Source: a virus (lineage: Duplodnaviria; Caudoviricetes). Taken from it: 40,318 nucleotides of DNA. The stretch lies in IMG/VR virus record IMGVR_UViG_3300044728_000127, positions 1-40,318 of that record; one strand, written 5' to 3'. A program made the translations under genes and the position numbers. How positions within the stretch are numbered: position 1 is the first letter of the stretch; every line of letters begins with the position of its first letter. The notes under the pieces were generated by a model, which did no database searches, was not told the DNA's origin, and saw only the letters and a program-made list of their open reading frames with translations. Below are positions 34,446 to 40,318 of the stretch, piece by piece.

Positions 34446-34460
34446 GCAAGACGCGTGCCA
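34446..34460 (-). promoter_or_regulatory. sigma54 (-24/-12) site pointing into the 16-bp array
   Basis: - strand TTGGCAC-GCGTC-TTGCC, 15-mer identical to 33861-75 and 33957-71. Confidence 0.7.
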
Positions 34461-34571
34461 ATACCCCCTGGGTCTTGCGTCGACGATGGGACCCGTTTGC
34501 TTGCACTGGGACCCGTTCCCGCACGCCGAACTCTCTCCGGACACTTTGGAATCTTGCAGCGAAGTGGGGGA

Positions 34572-34601
34572 TTGACAGCCCCCCCGCATCTGTGGTATAC
34601 T
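34572..34601 (+). promoter_or_regulatory. sigma70-type promoter of the packaging/late arm (TTGACA-18-TATACT)
   Basis: TTGACA 34572-77, TGTGG TATACT 34591-601; shares TGTGGTATACTCCC with the 1016 promoter; GGAG RBS follows. Confidence 0.8.
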
Positions 34602-34629
34602 CCCGCGTACGTGTAATCGGAGAATCGCC

Positions 34630-35460
34630 ATGCTTGCACCGAAGGATCCCCCGGACCGCTCTTATTCTGTCCTGCCGAACGACAAGGAGCTTGGTAGTCA
34701 CAACGACAAGGCAGAAGCCCGAAGTAAAATGAAGGCGTTGGACGACGCTTTTATGCGGGGCATGCATAGGGGCGCTGATCCTTATATCTTTGCCATGAAG
34801 CCTCCGTCAGTCAACCATGACGCTTTTACGTTTTCCATGGGGGGCGCCAGTGTCACGGTAACGGGTCTGGAGATGATTCAGGCCACCGACCCCGAGGAAT
34901 TGGGCCATGCTACGGGTCAAAAGTTGCGGCTGGCCTACTGCGCGAGTACTAATGCACAGACGGTGCCGGCTGGCCACTTCGATGGAGCGCCGAATCCCCC
35001 CCTTGGGCTCGAAGGACCCGGCCAGGGCGTGGGAATGCAGGGTGCCGACCCGGACTGGCGGTATCAGGAACTGAAGCTGCGCCAGCAGCAGAGCCAGGAA
35101 GCGACGTTGCCCATGCGCACGGCCTTGATGGACCGGCTGGAGTCTGGCGTGCCCCTGGGCCAAGGCGTGGGAATGCAGGGCGCCGATGCCTTCTTGATTA
35201 CCTGGAAGCCCTCCTTGTCCGTGCCAATCGGTGGGCGTAATGTCACGTTGAACCTGACGCCCGAGCAGGTCAAGACAATCGCGGAGCATATGGACGTAGC
35301 CAACAAGGCGCCCATGTCCGAACTCAGTCAGGCGTTTATCGCCGAATGGACGCGGGTGTTAGGTGATCCGGCCATGCACAAGCGGTTCAAGGGGCGCGTC
35401 ATTACCGAGTGCTTCGCCGAACTGGTCCCCGAAGTCGTTGCCGCCGTGATGAGCAAGTAA
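34630..35460 (+). CDS. Hypothetical protein (276 aa) with duplicated GQGVGMQGAD peptide
   Basis: GGAG RBS; first gene after promoter. Confidence 0.65.
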   Translation: MLAPKDPPDRSYSVLPNDKELGSHNDKAEARSKMKALDDAFMRGMHRGADPYIFAMKPPSVNHDAFTFSMGGASVTVTGLEMIQATDPEELGHATGQKLRLAYCASTNAQTVPAGHFDGAPNPPLGLEGPGQGVGMQGADPDWRYQELKLRQQQSQEATLPMRTALMDRLESGVPLGQGVGMQGADAFLITWKPSLSVPIGGRNVTLNLTPEQVKTIAEHMDVANKAPMSELSQAFIAEWTRVLGDPAMHKRFKGRVITECFAELVPEVVAAVMSK

Positions 35461-35466
35461 TGGCGT

Positions 35467-35967
35467 ATGGACGAGATAACGCAGCTGCCCCCGGCGCCAC
35501 CCCCATTGACCCGCCACGAGGAGACGTTCCTACTGGCGCTAGTTCAGGCGGGCAACGATGATGAGTTAGCGTATAGTCTGGTGTACGGGAAGGACGACAA
35601 TCCCTTCCCGAAGGCGGCGGTTGCGGCGTTTAAGAACCGCCCCGAAGTGCAGCAGCGCATGCGCGAAATGGTGAGCGCTGACAAGACGCATGAGGGGATG
35701 CTTCGCGAGATGTTGAACCAAAAGATATTCGAAACGTCAAAGCTGGCGAATGAGTTAAAACAGCCAAAGACGGCCATGGACGGGTACAAACTCTACGCCG
35801 ACATAAACGGGTTGATGCCCACGAAAGAGGACGCCAAGCGGGTTGAAGACGTGTCCGTCTATATAAACATTGGAGGGCGCGTGATATCGCCTGAAGTGCT
35901 CAAAGCGGAGCGTGCAAGGACCATCGAGAATGGCGCCCCGATGATGGTTGAACAGGACGTCAAGTGA
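35467..35967 (+). CDS. terS: Putative terminase small subunit
   Basis: 166 aa; LT..EE.F......N...AY...Y HTH-like N-terminus and PEVQQRMRE helix; GTGA overlap with TerL. Confidence 0.6.
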   Translation: MDEITQLPPAPPPLTRHEETFLLALVQAGNDDELAYSLVYGKDDNPFPKAAVAAFKNRPEVQQRMREMVSADKTHEGMLREMLNQKIFETSKLANELKQPKTAMDGYKLYADINGLMPTKEDAKRVEDVSVYINIGGRVISPEVLKAERARTIENGAPMMVEQDVK

Positions 35968-37325
35968 ACATTACCCTGCCGAACCAGTTCACGCCTCGCT
36001 GGTATCAGCAGAATGTGATGGACTTTTTCGACAACGGGGGCATCCGGGCAGTTGAAGTATGGTCCCGTCGAGCGGGGAAGGACCTGACCTTCGCACACCA
36101 AGCAGCGAAGGCCGCGCACATACGCGTGGGAATGTACATGCACCTTCTTCCGACGCAGAAGCAGGCGCGCAAGGTCCTCTGGGACGCTATCGACAACGAC
36201 GGGAAACGGGTCATAAACACAGCATTTCCAATACCATTACGACACAGTACGAATGAAGCGGAAATGAAGATAAAGTTCAAGAACGGGAGCCTCTGGCAGC
36301 TTGTGGGCGCCGATTACTTCGACTCCCTCGTCGGCTCAAACCCGGTCGGACTGACAATGTCAGAAGCCGCAATTACCGACCCTGCGGCGTGGAACTACCT
36401 CCGGCCTATCCTTGCGGGTAACGGCGGCTGGGCGGCATTCATCAGCACCCCACGGGGGAACAACTGGTTCAAGCGCCTACTCCTGACCGCGAAGAAGGAC
36501 CCGACATGGCATTGGTCCCACTTGACGGCGAAAGAGACAGGGCACATTTCAGACGCGATTCTGGCGGCAGAATACCGCGAAATGCCCGACGAAATGTACC
36601 GTCAGGAGTACGAAACCGACTTCAATGCCGCGAACGTAGGCTCCATCTTTGGGCGCTGGATGGAGAAGGTCGAGAAGGAAGGCCGAATCCTTGACGAGAT
36701 TGACCCGATAACGCCACTCGACGAACTGGTAATGTCTTCGGACATAGGGCGTCGAGACAGGGCGGCATTCTGGTGGTGGAGAATAGTCCGAGGGGGGTTC
36801 GAACTGGTCCACTTCGACCAAGCAAGCGGCCTGGACGCGGAAGAATGGATCGACCGGCTATCGACGCAGCCACGCGTGAAGACCCTTTGGCTACCCCACG
36901 ACGCTCGCACGAAGACATTCCAGACCCGCCACAGCGTTATCGAGCAATTCATAAGCAGCGGGATAGCGCCGGATATCCGAATCGTCCCGCTGACGAAGAA
37001 GAAGGACCAGATCAACGCTGGTCGGAAGGTATTGCCGCACTGCCGATTCGCCAAGACGGTGTGTGAAGAGGGGACCGACGCCCTTCTGGCGTACCACTAC
37101 AAGTACGACGAAGAGCAGAAGATATTCAGCCAGGAACCCGACCACGATTGGGCAAGCCACGCTTCGGATGCATTTATGTACGGGGCGCAGATGATGGAAG
37201 ACTACGTGCCGAAGAAACCGGCAAACAACGATAGTCTGATAATCGTTCCACAGATGCCGTTCGGGGGTGTTAAACTCGACGAACTGTGGCCACAAATTCA
37301 AAGCATGTCCCGGAGAATACAATGA
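35964..37325 (+). CDS. terL: Terminase large subunit
   Basis: PRWYQ, WSRRAGKD Walker A, LTMSEAA Walker B, FISTPRGNNWF, nuclease SDIG, LPHDA and HDWASHASDAF motifs. Confidence 0.93.
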   Translation: MNITLPNQFTPRWYQQNVMDFFDNGGIRAVEVWSRRAGKDLTFAHQAAKAAHIRVGMYMHLLPTQKQARKVLWDAIDNDGKRVINTAFPIPLRHSTNEAEMKIKFKNGSLWQLVGADYFDSLVGSNPVGLTMSEAAITDPAAWNYLRPILAGNGGWAAFISTPRGNNWFKRLLLTAKKDPTWHWSHLTAKETGHISDAILAAEYREMPDEMYRQEYETDFNAANVGSIFGRWMEKVEKEGRILDEIDPITPLDELVMSSDIGRRDRAAFWWWRIVRGGFELVHFDQASGLDAEEWIDRLSTQPRVKTLWLPHDARTKTFQTRHSVIEQFISSGIAPDIRIVPLTKKKDQINAGRKVLPHCRFAKTVCEEGTDALLAYHYKYDEEQKIFSQEPDHDWASHASDAFMYGAQMMEDYVPKKPANNDSLIIVPQMPFGGVKLDELWPQIQSMSRRIQ

Positions 37326-39448
37326 GTGATGCACCTGTTGTGCTGAACCACGACCCAGCCAAGGACGACCTGCCCGAAGACGACTTCGAAGGCGAGAAGG
37401 CGCCCCCATCAAAGGCGACGCCCGAGGAACTGGCGAAGTATCATGTCCGATGGGAGCGCGAGTTCGCCGCAGCCGACAAGGAATTCGAGAAGGTTCACGA
37501 TGTAGGCAAGAAGGTCATCCACGCATACCTCGACAAGCGGCAAGACAGTGTTGGGGAACAGGGCGCCTTCCGTCTGAACCTGTTCTGGAGTAACTGCCAG
37601 GTTATCAAGAGCAATTTGTACTCCAAGCCACCCAAGGTGGATGTGTCGCGTCTGTATAACGACCCGAATGATGATATTGCGCGGGTCGCCGCTACCATCC
37701 TGGAACGTATTCTGAACAGTGGCCTGGAATCTGATAACAGCGACTTCGATACGGCGGCGTTCCACGGTATCGACGACTACCTCTTGCCGGGTATTGGACA
37801 GATGTGGATGGACTACAAGCCGTATTTCGAGCCATTCGAAATACCCGCCGTGACTGACCCGATGACCGGGCAAGTGACCCAAGAGGCCCAACAGTCCGAG
37901 CGGATTGCCGACGAGGATGCTACGAGCGAGTACATATATTGGGAGGACTTCAAGTATTCCCCGGCGCGAACCTGGGAGGAAGTCCGGTGGGTTGCAAAGC
38001 GTGTCTTCCTGTCCAAGCAGAAGGCGGCGGCGCGCTTCGGGGCCGATCTGATCAAGCTTCTGCCCACTACGAAGGTCAAGAAGGCCCGCCAAATCAACGA
38101 TCTGGGGCCTCAAGATACTCCGTGGACCCGCATCGAGATTTGGGAAATATGGTCCAAGCTTGAAAAGAAGGTTTACTGGTACGTTCCAGGCTTCGACCGG
38201 GTCTTGGACTGCAAAGACGACCCGTTGGGCCTCGAAAACTTCTTCCCGTGCCCGAAGCCACTTGTCGCGAACGTCACGACGAGCAATTTCAAGCCTCTTC
38301 CGGACTACTTGCTGGCCCAGGACCAGTACAACCAGATCGACGAACTTACGACGCGCATCACGTACCTCACGAGGGCGTGCAAGATGGTCGGAGTATATGA
38401 CAAGAATTCCACGCCGGTTGGTCGGATATTCATGGAGGGCATGGAAAACCAGATGATCCCGGTCGACAACTGGCAGGCGTTCGCCGAGAAGGGTGGATTG
38501 AAGGGCCAGATGGACTTTGTGCCCATTGAAATCGCCGCAGCGGTCATCGAGAAGCTCACGGTCCAGCGCGATATCTTGATCGGCAAGCTCTATGAAGTCA
38601 TGGGCATTGCCGATATCATGAGAGGCAATTCGAACCCCTCGGAGACACTCGGGGCGCAGAAGATCAAGGCCCAATTCGGCTCCGCAAGGCTCGAGTATAA
38701 GCAGAGCGAAATCGACAAGTGGGCCACGTGCGCTCAGCAGATCAAAGCAAACATCATCTGTGATCACTGGCAGCCCGACACGATCAAGCGGCGCTCGAAC
38801 ATCATGAATTCGGTCGACGCGCCGCTCGCGGACCAAGCGATTGCGCTTCTGAAGACCGAAGGAATATCTTCGTACCGCATCCGGATCGAGCCGGAATCCA
38901 TGGCGGCAGTTGATTGGGCCAAGAAGCAGGAGGAGCGCTCGAACGCAATCAACGGCATGGGCGTCTTCATGCAGTCGATGACGGCGTTGATCCAAGCTGA
39001 GCAGAAGACCCTCCCCTTCGTTCTCGAAATCATGAAGTGGTTCATGGCCGGGTTCGGGAAGGGCAAGGAAATCGAAACGATCATGGACCAAGCCATTCAG
39101 GCGGCCCAGGGGCCGAAGGAAGACCCGAAGCCGACTCCGAAGGAGCAAGCAGAAATCGCCAAGGCCGGTGCGGAGACTCAACAGAAGCGCGCGGGCGCCG
39201 TCAACGATTTGGCCGATTCTATGTCCAAGGGATTCATCGAACCGGTCAACGCAATGCTCAACGAAATGGGCTTGCCGCCCGCCGACCCGCTTGTGGTGGC
39301 CGCAGCGACTTCGCCGCCACCGAAGGAAGGCGAGCCAGACGGCGACGAGGCGCCCAAGCCTCCGAATGGCGCCGCGCCGCCCGAAATGCCTCCGGGACCG
39401 CCAATGGCCCCGCCAGGACTGCCGCCCGGCCCCCCGCCGATGCAGTAA
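37322..39448 (+). CDS. Portal protein (708 aa, Pro-rich C-terminal tail)
   Basis: ATGA overlap with TerL; NLFWSN, RTWEEVRWVA, EIWEIW, FFPCPKPL and ETLGAQKIKAQFGS motifs. Confidence 0.88.
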   Translation: MSDAPVVLNHDPAKDDLPEDDFEGEKAPPSKATPEELAKYHVRWEREFAAADKEFEKVHDVGKKVIHAYLDKRQDSVGEQGAFRLNLFWSNCQVIKSNLYSKPPKVDVSRLYNDPNDDIARVAATILERILNSGLESDNSDFDTAAFHGIDDYLLPGIGQMWMDYKPYFEPFEIPAVTDPMTGQVTQEAQQSERIADEDATSEYIYWEDFKYSPARTWEEVRWVAKRVFLSKQKAAARFGADLIKLLPTTKVKKARQINDLGPQDTPWTRIEIWEIWSKLEKKVYWYVPGFDRVLDCKDDPLGLENFFPCPKPLVANVTTSNFKPLPDYLLAQDQYNQIDELTTRITYLTRACKMVGVYDKNSTPVGRIFMEGMENQMIPVDNWQAFAEKGGLKGQMDFVPIEIAAAVIEKLTVQRDILIGKLYEVMGIADIMRGNSNPSETLGAQKIKAQFGSARLEYKQSEIDKWATCAQQIKANIICDHWQPDTIKRRSNIMNSVDAPLADQAIALLKTEGISSYRIRIEPESMAAVDWAKKQEERSNAINGMGVFMQSMTALIQAEQKTLPFVLEIMKWFMAGFGKGKEIETIMDQAIQAAQGPKEDPKPTPKEQAEIAKAGAETQQKRAGAVNDLADSMSKGFIEPVNAMLNEMGLPPADPLVVAAATSPPPKEGEPDGDEAPKPPNGAAPPEMPPGPPMAPPGLPPGPPPMQ

Positions 39449-39451
39449 CCC

Positions 39452-39468
39452 GCCCGTAAGGGCTTTTT
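39452..39468 (+). terminator. Weak intrinsic terminator after portal gene
   Basis: GCCC-GTAA-GGGC-TTTTT. Confidence 0.45.
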
Positions 39469-39480
39469 AAGGAGAGTGTG

Positions 39481-39711
39481 ATGATAGCGAAGGAAGACCC
39501 CAAGGTCCAAAAGGAACTGGAGAAGGAGTTCGACAAGGGCCTGGAGAAGGAATTGGCGAAGAAGCCCGAAGTGAAGGCCGAACCCAAGGCCGAGACCAAG
39601 GCCGAGACCAAGGAGGCCCCGCCGGAAATGCCGCAACGCTTCTTCACAGGCGGCGCGACGTTCTCCGAGAAGGAGGCATGGCTCGAAGCGAACGGGTATG
39701 CCGACGTATAA
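39481..39711 (+). CDS. Small Lys/Glu-rich protein with KAET repeats
   Basis: AAGGAG RBS; 12-bp CCAAGGCCGAGA tandem repeats around 39584-39613. Confidence 0.6.
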   Translation: MIAKEDPKVQKELEKEFDKGLEKELAKKPEVKAEPKAETKAETKEAPPEMPQRFFTGGATFSEKEAWLEANGYADV

Positions 39712-40087
39712 CTGGAAGTGTCAGTCTTGCGGGGGTGAGTTCGAACTAGTTCGTTCGATCCGCGAACACTCGGACAACCCCCGCCCATTCTTCTGCTGTC
39801 AGGTGCGAGCAGATAGATACTTCCCCCCAGCACCGTTCACAGCACTCGACAATGCGTTGTCGGGTGATCGGCATTATGATGGCCTTCGCGCGCCCGATGG
39901 GAGCGACATTAGCACGCGGAGCAAGCATCGAGAATATATGAAACGCAACGGTCTTACGACCGCTGACGACTACAAAGGCGCATGGGCAAAAGCGGCAAAA
40001 GAGCGCGAGGCGTATCGATCTGGTAAGGGCAAGATGGCTGTCACGAAGGACGATATAGCTCGAGTGATTCACAACTTGGAAAGATAA
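39698..40087 (+). CDS. FmdB-type zinc-ribbon phage protein
   Basis: MPTYNWKCQSCG..FE N-terminus; ISTRSKHREYMKRNG motif typical between portal and scaffold. Confidence 0.75.
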   Translation: MPTYNWKCQSCGGEFELVRSIREHSDNPRPFFCCQVRADRYFPPAPFTALDNALSGDRHYDGLRAPDGSDISTRSKHREYMKRNGLTTADDYKGAWAKAAKEREAYRSGKGKMAVTKDDIARVIHNLER

Positions 40088-40097
40088 GGAGAAACTT

Positions 40098-40318
40098 ATG
40101 GCTGACATGCGCGACGCAATCGCTGCGGCGATTGATGGGAATGTGCTCGAAGATGACGACAACCTTGATGCCCCTGGTACGGGCGACGAGGAAATTGTCG
40201 AACCTACCGGGGGCGAAGATGCACCAATTGACACGCCGCCTGTTGACCCTCGCGGCAATCGTGACGCGCTTGGTCGATTCACGAAGCCCGATGGCACTCC
40301 GGCCCCTATTGTTCAGGC
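40098..40318 (+). CDS. Capsid scaffolding protein, 5' part (continues at 131-1001)
   Basis: AAGGAG RBS, MADMRDAIAAAI...RDALGRF; open to the end of the window and in frame with ORF 135..1001. Confidence 0.8.
   Translation, partial: MADMRDAIAAAIDGNVLEDDDNLDAPGTGDEEIVEPTGGEDAPIDTPPVDPRGNRDALGRFTKPDGTPAPIVQ
40193..40318. repeat. Terminal direct repeat, right copy
   Basis: Identical to 5-130. Confidence 0.97.

Noticed and set aside
33690-34620. Pro/Gly/Arg-rich ORFs in the control region
   Set aside because: Low-complexity translations of G/C tracts and regulatory repeats, lacking RBS; region treated as non-coding
37409-39181. Long antisense ORFs (590 aa here; also 1210-2205, 7346-8506, 11155-12207, 29310-30089, 32969-33880)
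   Set aside because: They are shadows of well-supported genes on the opposite strand caused by high GC3 codon bias; no recognisable motifs or RBS
40193-40318. End repeat as the biological terminal repeat of the virion DNA
   Set aside because: It falls mid-gene and its length is close to a typical assembler k-mer overlap; physical ends more plausibly lie in the 33700-34600 non-coding region

Overview
The window is an apparently complete, circularly assembled ~40.19-kb GC-rich dsDNA phage genome. Bases 5-130 repeat at 40193-40318 and the scaffold gene runs across that junction. It has two divergent arms. The + strand arm (34630 through the junction to 15576) carries TerS/TerL, portal, scaffold, major capsid and a podovirus-type adaptor/nozzle/ejection-protein/fibre module. 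The - strand arm (33679 down to 15573) carries small early genes, an SNF2 helicase, an SSB-like protein and a complete 2-aminoadenine (Z-DNA) pathway: DpoZ-type PolA, PurZ with the GSTGKG signature, MazZ/DUF550 and DatZ. It also carries a nuclease and an AEP-VirE primase-helicase. Unusual elements: (1) six sigma54 (-24/-12) consensus sites facing the early genes, with a cluster of NtrC-like enhancer boxes at textbook distance, suggesting host nitrogen sensing in a Z-DNA phage; (2) two tandem PEP-CTERM (exosortase substrate) surface-protein genes; (3) a 9-10-unit CAACGT array with an exact 16-bp period beside a GC-rich inverted repeat in the non-coding control region; (4) seven related sigma70-type promoters; (5) a structured capsid-gene leader with a duplicated RNA motif. 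No integrase, repressor, tRNA, CRISPR array or recognisable endolysin was seen. All family assignments are from motif recognition by eye, with no database searches.
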